Position numbers and translations under genes: made by a program
The notes under the pieces: model-generated
Told to the model about the DNA's origin: nothing
Seen by the model: the letters and a program-made list of their open reading frames with translations, nothing else
The model's database searches: none
In this document: piece by piece, positions 25,201-34,300 of the stretch
Layout of the letters: each line of letters opens with the position of its first letter
How positions within the stretch are numbered: the first letter of the stretch is position 1
DNA from: a bacterium
GTDB lineage: Bacteria > Bacteroidota > Bacteroidia > Bacteroidales > UBA3663
Reading direction: 5' to 3'
DNA length: 64,000 nt
NCBI GenBank assembly: GCA_963631395.1
Contig: CAVGQN010000005.1
Coordinates: 8,446 to 72,445 of the forward strand

Positions 25201-26142
25201 CTAGCTCTCGGCCTTTCGGACGGCGACGCGGAGTTTTGCGCTTCGGGAGCGCGGATTCTCCTCCTGTTCCTCGGCGCTTGCCGTGATGGGCTTGTTGTTG
25301 ACGGCCTTGAGCGGCGCGATGACCCGGCCGTAGAAGTCCTGTTCCACCTTGCCGTCGGCGTGCCCGGATCGGATGACGTTCTTCACGATGCGGTCTTCGA
25401 GCGAATGGTAGGTCATCACAACCAGCCGGCCGTCGGGGGCGAGACACCGCACGGCGTCCTGCAGCATCTCCTCAAGCGCCTGCATCTCGTGGTTGACCTC
25501 GATGCGGAGGGCCTGGAAGGCCTGGGCCAGTTCTTTCTTCTGGGCCCGCGGGTCGACCAGGGGCAGCAGAGCTTCGCGCAGGTCGCCGGTCGTGGCGATG
25601 GGCCGGCTCTGACGCAGGCGGACCAGGGTCTGGGCGATGCGGCGGGCCTGGCGCAGTTCGCCGTAGAGGGCGAAGATGTGGGCAAGGTCTTCCTCTGTGT
25701 AATTGGCCAGTAGTTCGGCGGCCGTCATTCCCGCGCGGGTGTTCATGCGCATGTCGAGGGGCGCGTCCATGCGGAAGGCGAAGCCTCGCGAGGCGTCGTC
25801 CAGGTGGTGGCTCGACACGCCCAGGTCGGCGAGCAGTCCGTCAATGTGCTCCACGCCGTAGTAGCGCATCCAGTTGCGGAGATAGCGGAAGTTGCTGCGC
25901 ACGAAGGTGAACTTCCCGCCGCGGCTGGCGTCCGGGTCGTCAGACTCCGGGCCGAAGGCGTTGCGCTCGGCATCGGGGTCCTGGTCGAAGCTGTACAGGT
26001 GGCCGTTGGGGCCCAAGCGGTCGAGGATGGCGCGGCTGTGCCCGCCGCCGCCGAAGGTGACGTCCACGTAGATCCCGTCCGGGCGGATCTGCAGACCTTC
26101 CAGACATTCCTTGAGCATGACGGGGTTGTGGTATTCGGACAT
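25201..26142 (-). CDS. rsmH: 16S rRNA (cytosine1402-N4)-methyltransferase RsmH (MraW)
   Basis: 313 aa with HNPVMLKECLEGL, DVTFGGGGHS and DLGVSSHHLD. Confidence 0.95.
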   Translation of the reverse strand: MSEYHNPVMLKECLEGLQIRPDGIYVDVTFGGGGHSRAILDRLGPNGHLYSFDQDPDAERNAFGPESDDPDASRGGKFTFVRSNFRYLRNWMRYYGVEHIDGLLADLGVSSHHLDDASRGFAFRMDAPLDMRMNTRAGMTAAELLANYTEEDLAHIFALYGELRQARRIAQTLVRLRQSRPIATTGDLREALLPLVDPRAQKKELAQAFQALRIEVNHEMQALEEMLQDAVRCLAPDGRLVVMTYHSLEDRIVKNVIRSGHADGKVEQDFYGRVIAPLKAVNNKPITASAEEQEENPRSRSAKLRVAVRKAES

Positions 26143-26280
26143 AGACGCTGTTGTTTGTTGAGTTTGTACGTTGTCGATTTAGGGTGTAAAATTATGTATT
26201 TCCTCCGAGATGTGCAAGGAAAGGGTAAAAAAACTCGTCTTTTGCCGGCCTAAAATGAGTGCGTAAGGTGATTTTGTCAT

Positions 26281-26453
26281 TTCCAAACTCCACATAGTGG
26301 AGAGTTGTGTGTTTTCCTTGAGGGAAAGTTGAGCTTTTTCCCAGTGGAGGGTTTCGTGTTTTTCCGTAGGAAAGTGGCGCGTTTTCCCAGTGGAGAGTTA
26401 TGCGTTTTCCCGGAAGAGAGTTTCGTGTTTTTTCGGAGGGCGAAGGGTTGCTG
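26281..26453. repeat. Array of 7 tandem 23-bp units (consensus TTTTCCCAGTGGAGAGTTTCGTG) upstream of rsmH
   Basis: Units are at 26312-26334, 26335-26358, 26359-26381, 26382-26404, 26405-26427 and 26428-26453, plus a degenerate leading unit at 26281-26311. Confidence 0.85.
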
Positions 26454-26652
26454 TTCTCGGCGATGGTCAAAGGCCGGCGCGGGCGGGGAAGAAGCCCTTG
26501 GAAAGAGCGCGCTCAACGGCCGGAATTCCGCGGCTTGTCAAGCTGATAAAACGGCGTATGGAAATAATTGTGATATAAACACTTTCGCGTCTCTATCTAT
26601 ATGCGGCGTTCATCTGCCACGTCCGCTAGGTTTTTGCCGCTTGGCGAGGGAC

Positions 26653-27468
26653 TTAGAACTCAATATAATGCAGCAGTTTTTCGAGCTTTTCGTCGGCGAA
26701 TACGCCCAGTTGCTCGAGGTCGGACTGGCCGTGCAGGTTGCCGTTCAGTTGGCGCCATTGGAAGATGGCTTTCACCTCGTTGTACTCCAGGTAAGGGTGC
26801 CGCAGCAGTTCCCTGAATGTCAGGCGGTTGACGTTCAGGCGGTTGACGAGCCGGGCGTCGGCGTAGAACCATTCTCTGCACCAGACGTCGAGGTAGGGGA
26901 GGGCACTGTCCCAGGTGAGCACTTCGCGCAGCTGCTCGGGTGAATAGAAACCGCCGAGCTTCTTCCTGTATTGGAGAATGGTTTCGGCCGTACGGGCTCC
27001 GATGCCCGGAATGCGCACGAGCGTGGCGCTGTCGACGGAGTTCAGTTCCTGGCGCACCACCGAGGCGAACTTGGGCGTCTTTGCATTGTCGTCGGTCAGG
27101 ACCTTGGCTATGGTTTCGGCTTTCCCCTGTCCGCTTTGGGCGAGAATCCCGTCCAGGTTGCCCTTGCGGCCTGTTTTCGTGCGGTCGCTTGCTCTCGTGC
27201 CGTTTGTCGGCCTGGCGTTGGTCGTGGCCGAGGCTTTTCGGCGGCGCGCGCCGGTCGAGTCAGCTTCAGCTTCCGCCCGAGCCGAACCGTCCGACCCCTG
27301 GCCGAGCCTTTCGAGTACGGCCAGGCGGTTCTCCAGCGTGGCTATTCGGGCTTCTTGCGCCTCTATCCTCACGCGCATGCGCGCCTCGCGCCTGTACACT
27401 AATGTAAATACGATGAACAGGCAGATGGCGAACAGCCAGCGGTATTTGTAGTTGAAGCTTCTTTGCAT
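26653..27468 (-). CDS. ComEA-like helix-hairpin-helix DNA-binding protein
   Basis: Start taken at MQRSFNYKY (27468); the track ORF extends to 27537. It has a TM helix (WLFAICLFIVFTLVY), a coiled segment, and HhH motifs (LVRIPGIGARTAETILQYR; a second degenerate HhH in the NRLNVNRLTFRELLRHPYL region). Confidence 0.7.
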   Translation of the reverse strand: MQRSFNYKYRWLFAICLFIVFTLVYRREARMRVRIEAQEARIATLENRLAVLERLGQGSDGSARAEAEADSTGARRRKASATTNARPTNGTRASDRTKTGRKGNLDGILAQSGQGKAETIAKVLTDDNAKTPKFASVVRQELNSVDSATLVRIPGIGARTAETILQYRKKLGGFYSPEQLREVLTWDSALPYLDVWCREWFYADARLVNRLNVNRLTFRELLRHPYLEYNEVKAIFQWRQLNGNLHGQSDLEQLGVFADEKLEKLLHYIEF

Positions 27469-27654
27469 ATTGTGCGGTCCGGGAGGGGAAATCTCTCTTG
27501 GTGCAAAGATAGTGTTTTTGGCCGAAACTTCCGGCAAACGTCAAAAAAATAGCGGTTTTTTACCTCAATTCTTGGAAGATGTTGAAATATTGCCTATCTT
27601 TGCACCCGAAAAATCCGAATGCAACACGCGCGGAGTCGCGTGAAGCACAACCCT

Positions 27655-27742
27655 GGAGAGATGCTCGAGTGGTTGAAGAGGCACGCCTGGAAAGCGTGTA
27701 AACCTCCAAAGGGTTTCACGGGTTCGAATCCCGTTCTCTCCG
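27655..27742 (+). tRNA. tRNA-Ser (anticodon GGA)
   Basis: 88 nt. Acceptor stem GGAGAGA/TCTCTCC, anticodon stem-loop CACGC-CTGGAAA-GCGTG, a long class II variable arm, and T-arm GGGTTCGAATCCC. CCA is not encoded. Confidence 0.9.
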
Positions 27743-27749
27743 CTTTTGT

Positions 27750-27783
27750 CAAGTGCCGTTGGCCGTTTCGCCCACGGCACTTG
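27750..27783 (+). terminator. Hairpin terminator after tRNA-Ser
   Basis: CAAGTGCCGT-(14 nt loop)-ACGGCACTTG is a perfect 10-bp stem followed by TTTTCTT. Confidence 0.55.
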
Positions 27784-27784
27784 T

Positions 27785-27880
27785 TTTCTTGCCGGCGGCG
27801 TTTGTTTCTTTGCCGAAAACCCGGAAACCGGAAGCTTCTTTGCCGGAACCCCGGAAACCCCGAGGCGGCTCGGTTCAGCC
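27785..27880. repeat. Short array of the same repeat family (TTCTTTGCCGnAAnCCCGGAAACC x2 plus one partial copy)
   Basis: TTCTTTGCCGAAAACCCGGAAACCGGAAGC is followed by TTCTTTGCCGGAACCCCGGAAACCCCGAGG. TTTCTTTGCCCGAAAAC also occurs in the 24888-25200 array. Confidence 0.7.
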
Positions 27881-27883
27881 CGA

Positions 27884-28252
27884 CTAAATGTTCCTCTCGT
27901 CTGCCTCGTCTTCCTCCACGTCTTCGGGCGCCTTGTTGACCTGTGTCGTTACGTCCTTCATCAGGGTCGAGAAGGCCAGGACCTTCTGGCCGAAATGCGC
28001 GTGCAGGTCAGCCTCGGCCTTTTGTCCCACTTCTGACTTCCACCGCTTCAGGTCACGGATGCTTTCGGCCTCGAACATCAGGGCGTAGGCAAAGGTGTCT
28101 TCGCCCACACTCGTGACGATGCGGATGATGCGCGGATTGCGGACGGCGTCGTGGCTCGTGACGGCGGGGTAGTAACTGTCGCGGAGGTAGGTGAGGAAAC
28201 GGGCCACATGCCGTTCTCCGTCGATGTGGAAAGTAGTGTTGTAGATAATCAT
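27884..28252 (-). CDS. DUF4286-like small protein
   Basis: 122 aa. The N-terminus MIIYNTTFHID and the FGQKVLAFST segment resemble the DUF4286 family pattern recalled from memory. It has an acidic C-terminal tail. Confidence 0.55.
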   Translation of the reverse strand: MIIYNTTFHIDGERHVARFLTYLRDSYYPAVTSHDAVRNPRIIRIVTSVGEDTFAYALMFEAESIRDLKRWKSEVGQKAEADLHAHFGQKVLAFSTLMKDVTTQVNKAPEDVEEDEADERNI

Positions 28253-28459
28253 TCCGATAGCGGTTCTTTTCTAATATAACGTACGAGAAACGGTATTATT
28301 GCCCGGATTTTTCGAATGTATTTTGGCAAAAGCGGCGCCGAAAGTGTTAAATTGGGGCGGAAAGACCGTTAGTTCGGGTCGGAAATTTGGCCAATTCGAA
28401 AGAAATGCTTACCTTTACGCCCGCTAAAAGGAACAACTGACATAGAACGATACCGAACA

Positions 28460-30625
28460 ATGAGAAATATTACTTCTTTTGTGACCCTTTGCGCCTTGGC
28501 GCTGGGGATGGCTCAAGTTGCGCCGACGGCCAAGGCTGACGACATCCTGCTGAGCGACAACGACCTGAAGGATGCCTGGGCGGCCCGTACCCACAGCCGC
28601 ACTTCTGTCCACGACCCGTCGGTCTTCCTCGACACGGTGAGCAAGGCGGGCAGTAACCGCTACTATGTGATCGGTTCGCATCTCGGCATGTCGTACTCCA
28701 CCAACCTGTACGGCTGGTCGGCTGGCGACGCCATCACCAAGGGCGAGACCACGTCGTGCACTTTCTTCGCCGATACGACGGGGACGAAGACGGCGTTCGA
28801 CAAAGCCTACTCCACCCATCGTGTGACGCGCGTCAAGAACTGCAACGCAGAGGAAGTGGACTTCGGCCCCTTTGACGCTCACGGCTGGCAGGCCGACGGC
28901 AATACGGTGGCGGGCATGGAGTGGGCGCCCGACATGATCTACAACCCGACCATGAAGAAGTGGCTGCTCTACGAGTCGCTCAACGGCGACAACTGGTGCT
29001 CGACGGTCGTTTGCTTTGCCGCCGACAATCCGCGCGGACCTTTCGTCTGCCAGGGTCCGGTGGTCTTCTCGGGTTTCCAGGGCACCTACAAGCACAATGC
29101 CTATGCCGCTGCCGACGACTGGAAGCACACCGACTTCGCCATTGCCACGGGCGAAACCTCGCTGCCGGCCCGCTATAAGAAGGGCAGCAAGTGGGGCACA
29201 TATTGGCCCAACTGCATCGACCCCTGTGTCTTCTACGACGCCGAGGGCCGGCTCTGGATGTCTTACGGCTCGTGGTCGGGCGGCATCTGGATGCTCCAGC
29301 TCGACGAGAATACGGGTCTGCGCGACTACACCGTCACCTATCCGTTGACCTACCGGACCACTTCCAGCACGGATGCTGCCAACCAGACTTCCGACCCGTA
29401 CTTCGGCACGAAGATAGCCGGCGGCTACTATGTGAGCGGCGAGGGTTCGTATATCGAGCGCTTCGGCGACTACTATTACCTCTTTATCAGCTACGGAGGC
29501 TTTGCCCCCGACGGCGGCTATGAGATGCGCATGTACCGCAGCGCCAATCCCGACGGCCCGTATGCCGATGCCAAGGGCATTTCGCCCATCGCCACCGCCT
29601 ACAAGATGAACTACGGCCAGAGCCAGGCTTTCTTTGGCGGCATGAAGCTCATGAGCGCCTACAAGTGGGACCTGATGCCCTGGGCAGAAGTCTCGCAGGG
29701 CCACAATAGCGCCTTTACCGATGCTCAGGGCCGTATGCTCGTGGTCTATCACACCAAGTTCAACGACGGAACGGCCGGCCACAGCATCCGCGTGCATCAG
29801 CTCTTCCTCAACAAGGAGGGCTGGCTCGTGGCCGCTCCGCACGAGTTCAGGGGCGAGACGTTGACCCAGGCGCAGGTCGACAGCACTGAGACCATTGACA
29901 ATAGCGAGATTCCGGGCTCGTACCAGATGCTGCTGCACAACTACAAGCTCAAGTACGACACGATGGCCTATCAGAAGCCCATGACCATCACGCTCACGGC
30001 CTCGGAGTCTGACCCCTACACGGGCACGGTCAGCTACGGCAACGGCACCTGGACGCGCGAGAAGGGTACGAACCGCATTTCCTTTAAATTATATAATGTG
30101 GAATACCACGGCGTCCTGACGCGCCAGACGGTCGAGTACAGCAATATCCCGGCAGTCTGCTTCTCTGTGGTTTCGTCGAAGGGCGGAGCTGCCGGCAGCA
30201 CTTCGCAGCGCGAGATTTGGGGTTCGAAGGCCGAAACGAAAGCGGCCATCAAATACACGTTCGATCAGATGACCATCCCCGTCGTCAGCGGTCTGAAGGT
30301 GAAGGAAGACATTACCCTCCCGACGGCTGCCAAACTCGGCACGACGGTCACCTGGACTTCGTCCGACGAGACCATCCTTACGTCGAAGGGCAAAGTGGCG
30401 GGCGCCGGCGAGGTGACCCTGACGCTGAATGTGGGCAAGGACGGCTACGCCTACCGCAAGAACTATCTGCTCAAGGTGGGTGACTACAGCGCCCTCGACG
30501 AGGTGAAGACGGATGCCCGTACGGGCGACGGCGCGGCCTACGACCTCCAGGGTCGTCGCGTGGACCTGCAGGGTGCGGCCCGCGGCATGTATGCGGCCGA
30601 CGGCAAGGTCATCATCGTGCGATAA
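28460..30625 (+). CDS. Secreted GH43 glycoside hydrolase (arabinanase/arabinofuranosidase-like) with a T9SS C-terminal sorting domain
   Basis: 721 aa with a signal peptide. GH43 beta-propeller motifs: VHDPSVF, WAPDMIYNP, IDPCVFYDAEGRLWMSYGSW, GSYIERFGDYYYLFISYGG. A C-terminal beta-sandwich and Ig-like module follow. The CTD reads AYDLQGRRVDLQGAARGMYAADGKVIIVR. Confidence 0.88.
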   Translation: MRNITSFVTLCALALGMAQVAPTAKADDILLSDNDLKDAWAARTHSRTSVHDPSVFLDTVSKAGSNRYYVIGSHLGMSYSTNLYGWSAGDAITKGETTSCTFFADTTGTKTAFDKAYSTHRVTRVKNCNAEEVDFGPFDAHGWQADGNTVAGMEWAPDMIYNPTMKKWLLYESLNGDNWCSTVVCFAADNPRGPFVCQGPVVFSGFQGTYKHNAYAAADDWKHTDFAIATGETSLPARYKKGSKWGTYWPNCIDPCVFYDAEGRLWMSYGSWSGGIWMLQLDENTGLRDYTVTYPLTYRTTSSTDAANQTSDPYFGTKIAGGYYVSGEGSYIERFGDYYYLFISYGGFAPDGGYEMRMYRSANPDGPYADAKGISPIATAYKMNYGQSQAFFGGMKLMSAYKWDLMPWAEVSQGHNSAFTDAQGRMLVVYHTKFNDGTAGHSIRVHQLFLNKEGWLVAAPHEFRGETLTQAQVDSTETIDNSEIPGSYQMLLHNYKLKYDTMAYQKPMTITLTASESDPYTGTVSYGNGTWTREKGTNRISFKLYNVEYHGVLTRQTVEYSNIPAVCFSVVSSKGGAAGSTSQREIWGSKAETKAAIKYTFDQMTIPVVSGLKVKEDITLPTAAKLGTTVTWTSSDETILTSKGKVAGAGEVTLTLNVGKDGYAYRKNYLLKVGDYSALDEVKTDARTGDGAAYDLQGRRVDLQGAARGMYAADGKVIIVR

Positions 30626-30670
30626 TCGGAAAGCCTCGGTTCCATTTTGTTACCTTATAGATATCCGGAT

Positions 30671-30907
30671 ATGATGAAAGCCAAAACGATATTGTCTGCT
30701 GCAGCCCTGGCCCTGGCTTTGCCCATGACGGGGGAGGCACAGACCGTGACCAAAATCACCACCACCGAAGGCAATGCCTGGGTGCAGACGAAAGTGAAGA
30801 TGCAGAAGAAGGCGAATGCCGACGTGCAGCTCTCTGTCTCCCTCGCAGGCCGCACGCTGAGCGACGCCCTCGCGCCACATTCCATGAACACCTATTTATA
30901 TAGGTAG
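30671..30907 (+). pseudogene. Possible remnant of a secreted glycoside hydrolase (signal peptide plus N- and C-terminal scraps)
   Basis: MMKAKTILSAAALALALPMTGEAQ is a signal peptide. It is followed by only ~55 aa, ending LAPHSMNTYLYR, which looks like the last beta-strand of GH30-type enzymes. That is too short for a domain. Confidence 0.3.
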
Positions 30908-30916
30908 AGTGGTCTG

Positions 30917-31012
30917 GCGTTTTCCCGGCATGCATGAGCAGAACCTTGCCGGCAAGCATGGGCAGGAGTTTGTCAGCATGCATGAGCAGGAAGAAGACCC
31001 GAGAAGCCGGAG
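30917..31012. repeat. Four tandem 24-bp units (GCGTTTTCCCGGCATGCATGAGCA-like)
   Basis: Units are at 30917-30940, 30941-30964, 30965-30988 and 30989-31012. GCATGCATGAGCA occurs twice. Confidence 0.65.
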
Positions 31013-31343
31013 ATGTTTGTTATCTTTGGGTTGCAAATCCGCCGTCTTGCTTGGATTATTAACGGATTAACGGACTTTTTCGGGGAAAACACGTGGTAAA
31101 TACTAAAAATTGTTTAATTTTGTACCACAAAGATTAAATTATTGGAAAAGCTACAATAAGTCTAAACCATGAGCCGGAATTGCCGTGCCCGGGGCAGGAC
31201 GAGAATGCAGCGGGAAAGAGGTAACGATTGGAAAATGAGAAAGTTAGGGAAAGAAATAAGATTGTAAAGAAGGTGAACAATACAGGGAAAGATTACTATT
31301 ACATACAACCGTGATAAATTTACTTATTAAATCTAACTTTATT

Positions 31344-34300
31344 ATGAAACAAAGATTACTTGTTGTTTCGGCAGCGCTGTTGCTCATGGGCTCGGCTGCC
31401 ATGGCAAAGGTAGTGGACGGCGTGCGCCAGTTCCCTAGCCTGCCCTTACCGAACTTCTCCGAACTGGTGCAGGACGGTACAACTGTCCAGTATCTCTACA
31501 ACGTCGATGCGCAGAGCTTCTTCCGCGGTGCCAACGACTGGATGACACGCGCTACGATGGACGATACATTGGGCTACAAATTCAAGATTAATGTCGAGGG
31601 CACGAATGTGGCTGGTGACACCACCTATGTGTCTCTGAGTGACTATGTCCTGAAGTTTAGCGCGTATTATAAGGTCTTCGCCGACGGAACCACCGGTATC
31701 TGGGTGGACAACAACAACGGCGCCAACGCCAACACTTGGGTTATTACTCCTGTTGAGGGTAGCAGCCTCTTTACTATCGGCAACGCAGCCTATCCCGGCA
31801 CCGTACTTGGCGGTTTCCGTGGCGATGTCGGCACTGTAGGCGTCAACGACTGTACTTCGGCCGGTATCTATCTGAACCTGGTCAAGCCGGACTCTGTCGG
31901 ACTCTGCGCAACGTGGGCTGCCGTCAGTGAGACTGACTATAAGGCGTATATCGATGCCAATACGGAGACCATCCGTACGTTGGTCGGTCAGTATAACAAG
32001 TCCGGTGAACTCAAAGCCAAGATTGACGAGTGCAAGCAGGCTGAAGGATTCACTGTGCCCGCCAAGTACACCACTATCTATGAGGACGAAAGCAAGACTG
32101 TTGCCGAGCTCGAGCAGGCTATCGCCGACCTCGCAGCCGACTATACGGACTTCGTCAACAACAAGGCCAGCCAGGCTACACTCGACAATCCTGTAGAAAT
32201 CACTTCGCAGATTGCCAACGTGGACGGCAGCTCTATCACCAACTGGACGCGTACGTTCACGGGCGAGGGCTCGACGGGCAGCCTTAAGTGCAACACATGG
32301 TCGACGGAAGGCGCCAGCGACGGAACCAACATGCTCACTCCTTTCATCGAGAACTGGGCGTCAGCGGGCAACAGCCTTTCCGACCAGATTGTTCAGCACG
32401 ACACCGTCAAGGTGGCTCCAGGTGCTTACCTCATCACGGCCAGGGTTCGTTGCTACAACGAGTCGTCGGGTGCAGAGTCCAGCAAGGGTTATTCGCTCTT
32501 CGCCAATAACAATAGCGTTGACTTGCACGAAGAGGGTGGTGACTACTTTACTTATAACAGCATGCTCGGCTACTGGAAGAGTGAGCCGTTCGAGGTCTAT
32601 GCCGTTGTCTCTGCTGACAGCTGCCTGACCTTCGGTATGAAGCTCGAGGGTGCCGACTTCAACTGGTTGGCTCACAAGGACTATCACATCTATGCTCTCG
32701 GACAGACGGACGAGGCGCTCAAGAAAGCCGCTTCTGCCAATCCGTCAGTAAAGAAGTATAAGAAAGATGACTACATCACCGCTTCTTTGCGCGATGAGTG
32801 GAATGTATGCGCAGACAAGTATCTCAATGGTGAGACTGCTGCCGAAATCATGCAGGCTCAGCTTGACCTCAATGCTCTTAAGGATACTATCAGCAAGAAT
32901 GCCGCAGCTTGGGCTTCTCTGCTTGTGGAGTACGAAGCTGCCAAGAAGGTGGCCGGTAACACTTCTATCTCCGGTGACGACGTCGCTGAATTGGCCGACT
33001 ATCTTGAGATGGAATTCGAGGAACTCCTGGAAGCAAAGGAGTTGACCACCGAAGAGATAAAGGCTGAAGAGGCTAAAATTTCGGAAATGCGTCAGGCTGC
33101 CATCCAGAACGGTCTTGCCGCCGGCACCGACTTCTCTGACTATCTGACCAACACCGACTTCTCGCAGGGTACAACGGGCTGGACATTCAACAAGATTTCC
33201 GGTTCGACTTGTGTCGCCAACGCTTCTGCCAAGTGTGCTGAGGGTTGGAATGCCAACTTCGATATCTACCAGATCGTAAGAAACGCACCTGTGGGTGTCT
33301 ACAAGATTACCGTTCAGGGCTTCTTCCGCAAGGGCCGTGGTGATGACGCCTGGAATCTCTACTATGACGAATACGGCGAGAAACTGGAGGAAGATCAACT
33401 TCCGGCTTCGATGGCCTATGTATACATGAACGACAACAAGACCCCGTTGAACAGTGTGTTTGACAATCAGGTTCCTAATGGCGAAGTTTATTCATCAGGA
33501 ACATACACTGATCCGAACGGTACCTACTGGTATCCGAATGACATGACGAGTGCAGGCGCCGCATTCGATGCAGGTTATTATCAGATGTCAGCCTTCGGAC
33601 TTGTAGCCCAGAAGGGTGATTCTCTCCGTATCGGCATGAAGGGCGATTTGTCAGGTGGTGACAACTGGGCTATCTTTACCCGTTGCAAGTTGACATACGA
33701 AGGCTTCGATGCCTCTATCATTCAGCCTGAGCTTGAGAAGGCTATCAAGGCTATGGATCTCACCGTCACCATGGGCTCTGAGGTTCTGACAAATGCACAG
33801 GAAGTCAAGGCTTCTGCTGAGAATGTCGACAAGACTGACGGAAAGGCTATGTTCGAAGCCCTGGCTGCCATCTATGCTGTCAACACCAAAGTCAGCGAGT
33901 CCGAAACTCTCTTTGCCAACTTGAAGGACAAGAACGAAGCTTTCCTTACCACTATCTCAGAGAGCCAGGCTGCCGAGGCAACCAAGACCGACGCCGCTAC
34001 TCTTTACAACGAGATTGCTGACGCAATCGATGGTGGCTCTTACACCAATGCTGACGCAGAGGCCGCCATCACCAAGATTGCCGAGATGACTGTCAAGCTG
34101 GCTATTCCTGACGCAGCTTCAAGTGCTTCTGACGAGAATCCTGTCGACATGACAAGCTTGCTGCAGAGCCCTGGCTTCGAGAAGGAAGGTTCTAACTCTG
34201 TAGAAGGCTGGACTTGCACAACCACAGGCTACAGCTTCGGTAACAGCACTACGCAGAAGGCTGCTTTGTGTATCGAGTTCTACGAGAAGACCTACGACTT

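Noticed and set aside
24888-26453. Whether the tandem repeat arrays could be CRISPR arrays
   Set aside because: The units are contiguous and degenerate with no unique spacers between them. The period is ~23 bp, no cas genes are present, and the repeats are not palindromic CRISPR-like.
26192-26516. 92-aa and 79-aa minus-strand ORFs upstream of rsmH as possible mraZ or small proteins
   Set aside because: Their sequences are reiterations of the 23-bp DNA repeat (GKTRNPPLGKSSTFPQGK...). They show no MraZ-like (SpoVT/AbrB) pattern.
28424-29938. 504-aa minus-strand ORF opposite the GH43 gene
   Set aside because: It is fully antisense to a gene with clear GH43 motifs. Its translation is R/A/G/V-rich low-complexity sequence with no motifs, typical of antisense frames in GC-rich coding DNA.
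31115-31122. TAATTTTG as the promoter -7 box for the large T9SS protein gene
   Set aside because: It is a single consensus match in an AT-rich stretch, with no convincing -33 TTTG at the right spacing and a ~210-nt leader. A chance occurrence is plausible.
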